From: Plasmodiophora brassicae
Taxonomy: Eukaryota
Length of the DNA stretch: 64,000 bases
Direction of reading: 5' to 3'
Assembly: GCA_036867785.1 (NCBI GenBank)
Contig: CP145428.1
Span: 558,001-622,000 of the forward strand
Every line of letters starts with the position of its first letter. Positions within the stretch are counted from its first letter, which is position 1. Positions 48,300 to 59,110 of the stretch are shown in pieces. The notes below the pieces were generated by a model. That model did no database searches. It was not told where the DNA came from and saw nothing but the letters and a program-made list of their open reading frames with translations. A program made the position numbers and the translations under genes.

Positions 48300-50490
48300 A
48301 GGCTGCGGTAGAACAGCAGTCGGTAGACGCGTTTGCTGAGCAGGCCGGCGACGTGCGCGTCGGAATACCGCTTCACGTGTCTTGTGCCGCAAAAGGCCCA
48401 GCCAGCACGTGCCTGCTTCACCCAGGACACGTAATGACCTTCGTCGTGTCTAGCGACGTGGGCATTACCCCAGCGGTCGACAAGGCCGACCAGCTGGAGA
48501 TGTGCACCTCCGACTTGGAGACCGCATGAGGCACCACATCCTGCACAAAGGAGAACTAAGATATTCCAAGGTATCTATCCATCATCGTTGTCGGTCCTGC
48601 ACCTACCACCGCTGCCTTGCGCCGCGCCGCGCCGTACTGACCATCTGACCATCGAGACCTGGCTACTGGACGGTTACGATGGGATCTTGCCGCACCAGCA
48701 CCACTCGGCCTTGCTCGACCTTGCCCTTCAACTGGCGAACCGTCGTGCTGCGGCGCTCCACGTCTGGCCCGCGATTGCACGGCCGTTCGGAGGTGCACCT
48801 CCTGGCGACCGTCGTAGTGTGCTCTACCAGTAACGCGTCGGCAAGGATCGTCCGGCCGCGCGAACCACCCACCATGACAACGGGGACGTCGCAGGGCGGG
48901 CGACTAATAATTGCACGGCCGGAGGTCGCGCACGTGTGACCTGCTCGACGAACCTGACGATCGCTCGATGCATCGGTTGACCATTGGCCCAGATGACCGC
49001 ATACGCCTGCATCAGCCGTAACAACTCCAATACGAAATCATCCGCGTCATGCTGTTTCCCGGCATCGAACGAACTCGTCGCCAGGTCAGTCTGGCTGATG
49101 ACCTTGACGAGCTCAACCAACGTATCGGACGCCTCGTGCTGATACAGACGCGGGTTCATCATCTTATCGTACAGGACAATCCAGGGCGCGAGGCCAGAGA
49201 CACGTTCCCAGTCGGGCAATATTGCACGGACGATCTGCATCGGTGCAATGGCGTAGCAAACCGAACGGCAAACGCCTGCCGCATCATTGTTCGATATGCC
49301 CCCTGGCAGTAACGTTCCAGCGTCACGCTCCTAAATGTCAATGTCAGCGTCGACTATGACAATTACAGTGCAGGATGTTGCGCTTCTTCGATCGGTTCGC
49401 GGTTGACGTCTTGGGCGGGCCGGCTCGCACGTTCTCCAGGAGTACGTTCAGATGCCTGCCGTCAATGCGCGCGTGTTAGATGTTAACTTCGCCTGAGTAC
49501 CGGCGACGTCAGTTTCGAACCAGTTTGGGCGCTTTGAAACAGTGGTTCGCAGGTCCAGCAACAACTTTGCTCGTCCCCTTGTTTCGTACCTACAGCGGGC
49601 GGACCGTCAGTAACGCAGTCGAGAGGGGTATAAGGAACGCCAACCGATGCGGACGGCATGCTGCGCTTGTTAGCAGGGTCCTTGCTCACAGTCGTCGACA
49701 TAACCGGCGGGGCCTATGCAACGTCACGCCAGGTTCAGTCTGCATCCCGCTCGCCGCACTGTATAGCAACTGACCACAGGGCGTGTCGTCGTGCCACAAA
49801 GCTTTCGGCGCTTCGCACCCTGATGACTTCGTTTCGGCTATGGAACACATCCATCGTCAGGATACGTGTCTGCAAACGGCGTCTAACGCTGTCAACCTTG
49901 CTTTCTCACGAGGTTGCCTGGCACAGCACCCGTCGGCAGCAGCGTCGTCGTCAACGGCCTCGTCCTCGTCGTCCCGGTTGCCCTGGCGCTGGCGAATGGC
50001 GGCTACAAACGCGGCAACCATGTCGTCGACGATGGCGCGGAATCTCAACGACGCTTGCTTCGTCATTGTGTTTGGTCGGGAGTCCAGGAAGACCAGCTCG
50101 AGCGCGTGGACGACGTAGTCGTGTGCGTGCCTCGAGCTCAGGCCGATCTCGACGAGCGAGCGCCCCACAGCGCCGATCAGCGCCAGAGCGTGCTTGAACG
50201 GTTGCCAGTCGATTGGCCCGGCGCCCAACGACTGTAGCAGGTCGGCGACGACGATCATATGTTCGGCCGGGTGGCGGTCGGCGTCGTCTGGTCGGTCGCC
50301 GACACAGGTCAGCACGCCGGGGCCCAGCGCCCGCGCGTGATACACAACGATCGGCCATTTTCCGCCGTGGACCAGTCGACGGGCGACGGCCACCCGTTCT
50401 GGACGCGTTTGACAGCGGTGTGGACCTGCGCCGACAGCGTCTGGTCCCCCTTCGACAGATCGACGACTGCATCGACTGCCGTCGGTGGCG
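48300..50490 (-). pseudogene. Decayed duplicate of the USP gene plus the 3' end of the giant gene
   Basis: Colinear with ~57400-59780. In-frame TAG (LGIS*) at ~48556, frameshifting deletion near 48937, and loss of the ~210-bp segment carrying the giant-gene stop and the USP ATG. Confidence 0.9.
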
Positions 50491-51474
50491 ACCTGCGGAC
50501 GCTGGCTTCCCTGGACGCGTATGCCACCTGTAATGCCGGGCTCGTCTCGAATGCCCAGTTGCTGATGTGGTGCCCAGGTTCCGATTCTCGTTCGGCAGAT
50601 TGCTGAACGTAAAACGTGGCGGCCCGCGTACCCGGCAACGGGAAACGGGCGCGCCTCCTGCCGTCTAGCGGGTCGCCGCCCGAATGTACGCCGCTCGTGT
50701 CGTCGCGTCGTCGCCGCCGCTAGCGTTGCGCCGAGTCGTTGCAATCGTCGCTGGTGCACCTACGAGGATATGCTGAGCGCGTTGCGGTCACGAGGCAGCC
50801 GTGGCAGCTGTACGAGGCGTCGTCGCCGGGAGACGGGACGCCGCCCAGACAAACGTCACTGACCTGCGACGTCAACTCGGTCTGCTTATCACGCTGACGC
50901 ATGGCGAACTGGCCGGCAGCGTTCGCCAGATCGTCAGCGGGTGCTCGTCGATTCCCGGCGCTGGATCGGTGGCGAAACCCGACACGGTGAGCAACCAACC
51001 AAAGGTGCCGCGACGCACCCCTACTGAAGCGGATCTTTAGGCGCTTCGCGAGCGACGCCGCGCCCCCGCCGAACAAGTTCTACGAGGGCAGGGGAAACCG
51101 GATCGCCACGACAGAAACGACAGCCGGGTGTACTTTGCACGAATATAATAACGACGGCCCGGGTGCCTCCGCCAGATGTTTTCAATCAAGATCGACTTGC
51201 GCTGGATCGCATCAGTCGACGTTGATATTAGAGCGTGATCATTTGCCTCCAGCGCCACCCAAGCCGTCCTTGACGGGATCTTATTCAGAGAATCGCTGCA
51301 CGCCACCTGACCGCCCCTCCTCTTCCCATACCTGATTCTCTGGCCTATACCGATGATAACGGTGTCGTTCGAAACGATCTACCTATACGACCTCGTCGAC
51401 AAGGGGCCGGGGATTTTGCGTTTATCACTGGTGCCGGAACTTTAGAAATTAAGCAACATTCGTGCAGATTCGTT

Positions 51475-53337
51475 TCACTTGCGCCTGGACTTGACAGGGT
51501 TGCCAACGACTTCTGGCCTGCGCTGGCGTTTGCGCCCAGTGTTAATGGGCAGCCGAAGCTTCATAACGCATCGTCGCAAATAACGTGCCACACGGTTGAT
51601 GCCTGCAGAGCCTTCGTCGACGTCGTCAACGACGCCTTGTTCTTTTAATATGCGCTTGACAATGCGGTCTTCCGCGGCTTTGAAGAAGCGATAACAGTTG
51701 GCTTGCCACCCACTGAAACCGTCGCTGCTCACAGGCTTCGGTGGCAACGACATTCCGGGCGGTTCCCACTCAGCTGTAGTGTACTGACGGACCCAGAACA
51801 GCGCATCGTAGATGGTATTCGCGTCGTTCCGTGTGAGACCTTGCCAATCCCATAGATCGGGGTCTTCTAGGGAGCGCGTAAGCGCGATCGTCGCGGCCCA
51901 AGCGGACGACATTACGCGAGGCAATGATGGGGCAGGCGCCATTGCCGACATGGGCCATGGAATGGTGTCCGCAATGTCGTCCGACCACGTAATCTTGCTC
52001 GGCGGAACAAGACCCAGCTGCGTCGCCAGTCTCTTTAGAGCCCGAGCATGACGGCACACGCGTCCAAGACCCTGGGCGACGCCCTTAGGGTTGTCTCGCT
52101 TCTCTAGAATGGCGTTGACGACGATGTCTTCAGCTGCTTGGAAGAAACGATGACAGCTGGCCTGCCAGCCTCTCATGGCACCCGGGTTAGTAGGTTTGGG
52201 CGGCAGCTCCATGTTGTCCGGTTTAAAGGTCATGAGGTAGTGGTTCTCCCAGAACAGGGCAGTATAGAAGTTATGTCTTGGCGATGAGTAGAGATGTTCC
52301 CGGTTCCAACACGAAATCTTGTCTAGAGCACGGGTATGCGCTATCGTTGCGGCCCAGGCGGATGACATTTCAGAAGGCAACGATGGGGCAGGCTTCACTT
52401 CCGATTCACTGGGCCAAGGGATGGCGGCGGCGATATCCGCTTCAGCAGTGCACGAGATGTCAGCACACCCGACAACATTCAGCTCTCGATGGTTCGCCAG
52501 CGGAGACCTTCCGCTCCCCGCACTCGTGGTACTTGTCGGAGAAGGAATCGCGTTAGACGCTTCGCCGCTGGATGCGTCAACAGTCTGCCGTCGATGACTT
52601 GCGACAGAACGACGACTGCCAGACGCTGAGGTATTTGGTGAGAGCTGACTCGAAATAGAAAGTGACTGATGTCTCCCAGGCTCCACATGGGCGGTATCCA
52701 TCCTCTGCTGAACGTTACCCGTCCCACAATCAACTCGTCTACAGACCTCGTCAACGACTTGTTCGAGACGGATGTTCCGGAAGCATAAATCCCCGTTGTC
52801 GAGAGCCAGCAACATTCCCAATTGTTCAATCGTGAACGGACGCTTGAACGCTGTCATGGAACGCGACCGTCCATCATGACAGATCCATATGGGCTGCCGC
52901 AGCGCAGATCCGATCCATGGACGAATCCTCGTTGGGACCTCACCGTCTACGATGCTTTGAGCAAGCGATTCGGGATTATTGGCGATGTCCATCAAATCCA
53001 GGTTCACGAATGCGAACGCGAGGCTTGTGGGGATCGTCAGGCGTTGGTAGTGGGGTGACATCAAACTGTCCGTATTGCCACAGGATGCGACGACGCGATC
53101 TTGGTCATATGTATACCCATCCGCCAGTGTCACCATCTTGTTCGTCACCCGCCCCGCCAAAGGACACGCGAACCATGACGTCAAACCAAGAGCGGGTAGC
53201 GCGGCGTTGGTACGGTCGACCTCTTCCGACGTCATCCTTGACGGCATCTCCTCATATTCCGTCGGATAGACTTGAAGATCAACGGCCAGCGCGCAACTCG
53301 TCGCGCATGTGAACAGGAACACCGCGAGGGCAGGCAT
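51475..53337 (-). CDS. Secreted U-box-like protein with two internal ~115-150 aa repeats and a basic C-terminal NLS-like tail (effector candidate)
   Basis: Signal peptide MPALAVFLFTCATSCALA; FACPL...VTLADGYTYD...SP...L...NLDL (U-box-like); repeat DIA..IPWP...PAPSLP..MSSAWAATIA...ALFW...LPPKP...GWQA.C.RFF.AAED twice; GRKRQRR...KSRRK. Confidence 0.78.
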   Translation of the reverse strand: MPALAVFLFTCATSCALAVDLQVYPTEYEEMPSRMTSEEVDRTNAALPALGLTSWFACPLAGRVTNKMVTLADGYTYDQDRVVASCGNTDSLMSPHYQRLTIPTSLAFAFVNLDLMDIANNPESLAQSIVDGEVPTRIRPWIGSALRQPIWICHDGRSRSMTAFKRPFTIEQLGMLLALDNGDLCFRNIRLEQVVDEVCRRVDCGTGNVQQRMDTAHVEPGRHQSLSISSQLSPNTSASGSRRSVASHRRQTVDASSGEASNAIPSPTSTTSAGSGRSPLANHRELNVVGCADISCTAEADIAAAIPWPSESEVKPAPSLPSEMSSAWAATIAHTRALDKISCWNREHLYSSPRHNFYTALFWENHYLMTFKPDNMELPPKPTNPGAMRGWQASCHRFFQAAEDIVVNAILEKRDNPKGVAQGLGRVCRHARALKRLATQLGLVPPSKITWSDDIADTIPWPMSAMAPAPSLPRVMSSAWAATIALTRSLEDPDLWDWQGLTRNDANTIYDALFWVRQYTTAEWEPPGMSLPPKPVSSDGFSGWQANCYRFFKAAEDRIVKRILKEQGVVDDVDEGSAGINRVARYLRRCVMKLRLPINTGRKRQRRPEVVGNPVKSRRK

Positions 53338-53435
53338 CGCTGGTCACCAGATTTCGAAGGTAGCTCCAACGGCAGCCGACGTGTCACGGCGGGCAGCCAC
53401 GGGTGCCAGAGAGTCGCCCGCAAAACTCCGCAGAC

Positions 53436-53444
53436 GTATTTATA
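53436..53444 (-). promoter_or_regulatory. TATA-like TATAAATAC ~100 bp upstream of the U-box gene ATG
   Basis: gtatttata on + strand; position fits a promoter; overlaps the candidate element end. Confidence 0.4.
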
Positions 53445-53619
53445 GGCCGATGGTAAAGTTTCATTACTGGTCGTGGTAGGATGGTAGGAGGGTCACAAAA
53501 AATGCGCGCACTGCGCACTTTTGTGACCGCTAAGGCCTATGTACTTAGCCGGGCGGTGCAAGCAAACCGACGCATTGCCAGCTGGGAACGCAGGTAGGCC
53601 CGGAACGAATCGTTCCAAT

Positions 53620-55797
53620 TTATTGGGCCGGCTCCACACAACCGCACCCCTTCGAAAACCGGGAGTGTGAGAAGTTGGCCCCCCACTTGTCGACGAACTC
53701 GGGCAACGACGAGGCGCAATGTTCGCGGTAGCACCGCAGTACTGGCGTCGCGACCTGATTGACGAACGTGCGGGCACGCTCGGTCAGGTCTTTCTTGCTG
53801 GCCGGCAGCGACGCCTCGATGGATAGAAGCAGCACAATCTTCTCCGACGAAGTCGAAAGCTTGGCCAGCTGTGAACGCCCAGGAAGATCGACATTACCGC
53901 CTCGCCTCGCGCGCCCCCGGTTGTCATCGTTCGGATCAGGTTGCGGCAGCGGCGGCGGAGGTGACAATGACGACGCCATCGGCGGTTGGACTGGGGGCGG
54001 GGCCGGTGGCTGCTGGATGGCTGGCTGAGATTCCGAATTGTTGAGTCGTTGGAGAACGACCTGGTTAACCAGCGACATCATCGTCTGTGCCAGCTGGGGC
54101 ACATGCGTTTGAAGCAGTTGTTCCAATTGTTGAAACGCCGGCGTCTCAGGGATATCGCGCTCTGCCAGAGAGATGAGCTGCATCAGGGACACGGACGCCG
54201 GATCGACCCGGAGCTGTGTCGCGACGTACGTCGATGCCAACCCGGGTATCGAGCTCGACTGCGGCGGGCACCTGCTATCGAGAGCGATCCGCCGAGCGTT
54301 GCGCAGGTTCTCCAGGAAGATCGGCTCCCACTTGGGCGTCAACGCCAGCACGTGGCTGTTCGTCCTGCGCGCCCGGGCCAGCAGAGCTTTCGAATCGCGG
54401 TAATACAATTCCGCGTTCTTGAGCGTCTTGTGGCGCGCCGCTTGCCTGATGTGATCGAGGTCGCCACCACCCCAGATGGCGAACAGGTACGCCGTCTTGC
54501 GGATCGAGTGCGGGCCGTACCGGTGCATCGTGTCGTCGCCGACGACAGGCCTGCAAACACGAACGAACTCGGCGTTGAACTCGTCGTAGGACAATCCATC
54601 CGGGAACGATTCGAACGAAGCGGCGCCTCGGTCGATCGCGTCAAGGTGTTGCTTCGTGCCGAAGACCAACCCGGACTTGATGCGTGTCCGAGACACCAGC
54701 GTGAACAACGCCCGGATGGGGCATAGCTTCGGGTGCGAATCAAGCCGGTACAAGACCAGATTGACGGGACCCTCGGCCTTGGCCCTCTCCGACTTGCCGC
54801 AGACCTGCACGACGAGCTGATCGACGCGGTCCAGGTCGTCCTTGGCCGTCATCTCGAGCAAGAAATCTTCAAGCGCGATGTCGACGATCTCGTCGGCCCG
54901 CAGGAACAGGTGGACGCCCAGCAGGATCGACACCCAGGTGGAATAGTCTCGGAGGGAGCCAGTCGCAACGAGCTGCCGCCTGATCTCCAGCACCTGGTCA
55001 GGCAGCAGAGCGAAGTTACCCTCTGCCTTGTACCCCTGCGTCTCGCGTTTCACCCATTGCTTGGTGTCGACCGCAACTTGACTCAGCACAGGATTGCCGC
55101 GCCGCCACAGACGTGGCTGTCCGACGTGATGAAAGCAGCCGAAAGACTGATTCGATCTCGAGAACGTCGCCCAGCATGTGTCGCAAGAATCATCATGCTG
55201 TCCAACATGCAGGCCGCAGGCACTCGCTTGACGCGCCGCCTGGAACGCGTCCCAGCAGGCGTTGCACGCGTCTTCAAAGTTGCCACGTTGATCGCGCGCC
55301 GCATGCACCGCCGTAACGGCCGACTCGAACTGCTCCACGTTGCCAGGGCCATTCCACCCGCCTTGGCAGACGACAGGCTGCCCACGCCGATCCAGGACGG
55401 GCACGCCCGAGGCATCGACAAGCGGCGTCCCCTGGACGCCCCTCTTGAACCGAACAAAGTTCGATAAGGTCTTCGCACTCATTGACGGGCAGTGGTCAGA
55501 TGGCGCATCGTCCTGCAGGACAAGCAGGCTGTCGTAGTCACCGACCAGGCAACAGTAGTACCTTAGTCCACGTATGTGCTTGCCGTAGGCATGCACCGAG
55601 TTCTTGGCCAGGGGCTTGCTCCCGGTGACAGGGCGGCTCGCTCCTTCCGACACGCGAAGGCGGCGACGAACCAGGCCCAAACCGACAACGGCGTCCGCCC
55701 ATAACTCGGCGGGGACATGGTACTTGGCCCGGTTGCTGACACGGAACTGGGCCGCTGTGCGCGTTCGTTGCCCTCCAGACGATCGTGATCGACCCAT
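53620..55797 (-). CDS. Tyrosine recombinase, intact and intronless (first ATG 55797)
   Basis: Catalytic set in order: FLRADE (R), GKSE (K), LCPIRAL, HSIRK (HxxR), ARHK (H), LYY (Y). Confidence 0.92.
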   Translation of the reverse strand: MGRSRSSGGQRTRTAAQFRVSNRAKYHVPAELWADAVVGLGLVRRRLRVSEGASRPVTGSKPLAKNSVHAYGKHIRGLRYYCCLVGDYDSLLVLQDDAPSDHCPSMSAKTLSNFVRFKRGVQGTPLVDASGVPVLDRRGQPVVCQGGWNGPGNVEQFESAVTAVHAARDQRGNFEDACNACWDAFQAARQASACGLHVGQHDDSCDTCWATFSRSNQSFGCFHHVGQPRLWRRGNPVLSQVAVDTKQWVKRETQGYKAEGNFALLPDQVLEIRRQLVATGSLRDYSTWVSILLGVHLFLRADEIVDIALEDFLLEMTAKDDLDRVDQLVVQVCGKSERAKAEGPVNLVLYRLDSHPKLCPIRALFTLVSRTRIKSGLVFGTKQHLDAIDRGAASFESFPDGLSYDEFNAEFVRVCRPVVGDDTMHRYGPHSIRKTAYLFAIWGGGDLDHIRQAARHKTLKNAELYYRDSKALLARARRTNSHVLALTPKWEPIFLENLRNARRIALDSRCPPQSSSIPGLASTYVATQLRVDPASVSLMQLISLAERDIPETPAFQQLEQLLQTHVPQLAQTMMSLVNQVVLQRLNNSESQPAIQQPPAPPPVQPPMASSLSPPPPLPQPDPNDDNRGRARRGGNVDLPGRSQLAKLSTSSEKIVLLLSIEASLPASKKDLTERARTFVNQVATPVLRCYREHCASSLPEFVDKWGANFSHSRFSKGCGCVEPAQ

Positions 55798-55887
55798 GAC
55801 GTCGTCGACAATGCGGTGTGGAAACCTGCGTGGGGATGCGTGCGGCGGTGCGCTTGGTTGTACCGGGAGGGGGTGGCGGCGCCGTCT

Positions 55888-55947
55888 GGTAGGATCCGTG
55901 GGTGCGGTAGGATCCGTGGTAGGACCCTGGTAGGACCGTTGGTAGGG
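55888..55947 (+). repeat. Five closely spaced GGTAGG(A) motifs upstream of the recombinase ATG
   Basis: Copies start at 55888, 55906, 55918, 55929 and 55941; two more at 53475 and 53483. Confidence 0.9.
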
Positions 55948-57380
55948 ACGATACACGGCGTATTTTGAGGTAGTATATAGTTATAAATACAGGATGATAT
56001 GACAGGTGTATCCCTTGTCTTGGTTACGCAAAAAACTCCTGAGACCTCCCAAAAAAAGCCGCGTTGTTTTTTGCTGGCGGCCCCGGTGGCGTGCGGCGGT
56101 GCGGCGTGCGGTCGCCTGGGCGGATGCGCTATACACCATGGAGCGTGCGCCGTCCTCCGACGCCTCCTACACGAGGTCGCGATGCGCATGCCCGTTGGAG
56201 GGCGGTATACGGCACAGACGTGGAGTCCTCTCAACGTGAAGCAGGCGCCGACTCCATGGTGGGCGTCGCCCGCGACTGACTACTCGACGACGCTGCCGGT
56301 CGCCAACGCCGCCTACTGCATCGTCGTCCACGCCCGCCGGATATGCTGTTGTGTTCAGCCTCGCACGTCGCAGGACGCCGACACCCTGACGCGCCTGTCT
56401 GCCGTGCCTGCACCCGCTGCGACGTCGCCGCAGATGGGCAGCACGGCCCAATGGACTCACGACGACCATATCGCGTCCTGCTGGACGCCTGCCGGCGTGC
56501 CCGATCTGTCTGTGTGAACGCCCTGCAGTTGCAGCACTGGTACGTGTCGTCGTCTGATGCACAGGCGTGCAGGCCCTCTAACACGCTGGACAGGACGCAC
56601 CTGCTGGCTGTCGCCTGCCGTCGTCCGTCCAGCATGAGCACCTGCCGGGTAGCTGTCATCGTGTCTTGGCGGGGCTGGTCCAGCATCGCGCCGGCATGCT
56701 CCTCAGCTGAGGCGGCGCGCTGGACGTTCGCCGATCGTTGCAATCGGTCGCGCGCGCCGCTGTCGTGCACCATGCGTTGATGGCGGACCGAGCAACCAAA
56801 GGTCTTCTCGCCGATGTCCCCGTCGGCCTGTCGAGCGGCACCTGCCTGCCCTGCAGGTCTTCCAGCAGGCAGGTGGCGCCCAGTGTCCGTTGCCGTTGAT
56901 CGACATGCGCACGCCTATCTGCCGTCGACCACCCGCCGCCGGCGTATCGCCTCACCCAGATCACTACAAGCAGATTAGGTCGACACGCGCGAACGCCGGC
57001 CCTGCAGGTCGTCCTGGCGTCAGGCGGCGCCGGACGGCATCCTTTGCTGAAGTGGCCGGCGGTCGACAGCGCCGACGTCGTCCCTGCATGCGTGTCAAGC
57101 ATGGCAGGTCAGACCAGACGAGCGATGCAGGCGTTTCGGGTGTCGCAGCATGCACGTGAGGCAGGTGATTGCGCTCGACTCCAAGCAAACGCGGTTCAGT
57201 ACGTGTCAGAGCGGTCCTACTTCATTATCCCTGAGTTGTACTGCAGCGTGCGGCCTGGCAAGAAGGCGTGAGGTACAACTTCTCAACAACGCAAACGAAT
57301 ACAACGTCTTTTACGGATCATATGTTCCACCATTCTTTCTACTGCATGGCCAGGCAGATGAACTCGACGATGGACAAGCT

Positions 57381-59055
57381 TTATTGCCTTCGCAGTGCGA
57401 AGCACCTGTAGAACAGGAGTCGGTAGACCCGCTTGCTGAGCAAGTCGGCGACGTGCGCGTCGGAATACCCTTGCACGCGACTGGTGTCGCAGAACGCCCA
57501 GCCACCACGTGCCTGCTTCACCCAGGACACGTAATGGCCTTCGTCGTGTCCAGCGACGTGGGCATTACCCCAGTGGTCGACAAGGCCGACCAACTGGAAA
57601 TACGCATCTCCAACTTGGAAGACCGCCTGTGGCACCACATCCTGCTCAAAGAAGAAATCAGATATGCCCAGGTTTCCATCCATCATCGTTGTCGGGCCGG
57701 CACGTACCACCGCTGTCTTGCGCCGCGCCATACTGATGGTCTGACCATCGAGACCTGGCTCCTGGACGATTTCGATGGGATCCTGCCGCACCAGCATCAC
57801 TTGGCCTTCCTCGACCTTGCCCTTCAACTGACGAACCGTCGTGCTTCGGTGCTCCACGTCCTGCCCGCGATTGCACGGCCGTTCAGCAGTGCACCTCCTG
57901 GCGATCGTCGTAGTGTGCTCTAGGAGTAACGCGTCGGCGAGGGACGTTCGGCCGTGCGAACCACCCAGCATAACAACCGGGAGCTCGCAGGGCGGACGCC
58001 TAGTGACATGGCCGCAGGTCTTGCACGCGTCGACGACATGCTCGACAAAGCCAATGATCGCTCTTTCGATCGGATGACCTAGGGCCCCGACAACCTCGTA
58101 CGCCTGCATCTGCTGCAGCAGCTCCAGCGCGAAGTCGTCGGCATCGTGCTGTTGCCCGGGATCGAACGACCTCGTCGCCCGGTCAGCGTCGCTGATGGCC
58201 TTGATGAGGTCAACCAGGATGTCGGACGCCGCGTTCAGATCCAGACGAGGGTTCATGACCTTATTGTACAGGTCAATCCAGGGCGCGGGGCCGGAGACAC
58301 GTTCCCAGCCCGGCAATGACCGCAAGATCTGCACCGGTGCAATCGCGTAGCAAATAGATCGGCAAACGCCTGCCGCATCATTGTTCGATATGCCCGCTGG
58401 CAGTAACGACCCAGCGTCACGCTCCTAAATGTCAATTTCAGCGCCGACTATGACAATTATGCAGTATACCACACCTGTGAAGGACTTTGTTCTTCTTTCA
58501 CCGGTTCGCGGTTGACGCCTTGGGCGGGCCGGCTCGCACGTCCGCCAGGTGTACGTTCGGGTGCCTATGGTCAATGCGAGCGTGTTAGATGTTATCTTCG
58601 CCTGAGTACCGGCGATGTCAGTTTCGAACCAGTTTTGGCGCTGTGAAACGGCGGTTCGCATGTCCAGTCTGTGCCTACAGCAGGCGGACGGTCAGTAACG
58701 CAGTCGAGGCGGGGTACAAGGAATGCCAACCGAAGCAGGCGGCATGGTGCGCGTGTTAGGAGGGTCCTTGATCACAGTCGTCGACGTAACCGGCAGAGGC
58801 CTCTGCAACGTTCCGCCAGTTCAGTCTACATCCCGCTGGCATCACAATATAGCAACTGACCACAGGGCGTGTCGTCGTGCCACACAACTTTCGGCGCTTC
58901 GCACCCTGATGGCTTCGTTTCTTCTGTGGCACACATCCATCGTCAGTCTGCAAACGGCGTCCAACGCTGTCAACCTGGCTTTCGCGCGACGTCGACTGGC
59001 ACAGCTCGCTGGTGTCCCTTGACGAGTCATCGCTGTCGTCTTCCGAGCTGGACAT
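57381..59055 (-). CDS. USP-family (peptidase C19) deubiquitinase, multi-exon, catalytic residues present
   Basis: Cys box GISNN...SICYAIAPVQIL (read upstream of the tracked ORF; acceptor near 58425), GQQHDADDF, CKTC, His box LVGLVDHWG...GHYVSWVK...WAFCD, YRLLFYR; first exon MSSSEDD...KKR...KRRK. Confidence 0.85.
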
Positions 59056-59110
59056 CGAGAGGGCGTCTGCAGCGGCCTGTTGGGAACGCAGTCAGTACAG
59101 TAATCCGTGA

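Larger units (their letters stand above)
53441..55980 (-). mobile_element. Crypton-like tyrosine-recombinase DNA transposon (candidate boundaries)
   Basis: Single recombinase gene with no RT and no long TIR; TATAG direct repeat at 53441-53445 and 55976-55980; GGTAGGA motifs clustered inside both ends. Confidence 0.6.

Noticed and set aside
49857-50000. Functional fusion of the giant-gene remnant to USP exon 1 in the decayed copy
   Set aside because: The deletion joins them out of frame and a stop follows at 49857.
53620-55797. DIRS/Ngaro retrotransposon
   Set aside because: No RT, RNase H or gag next to the recombinase and no split or inverted long repeats.
48300-56000. Starship-like giant element led by the tyrosine recombinase
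   Set aside because: No evidence for a DUF3435-type captain that I can read, and candidate ends lie close on both sides of the gene; not excluded without comparative data.
55999-57300. Protein-coding gene between the recombinase and the USP
   Set aside because: Only short overlapping ORFs without motifs or a consistent exon chain.
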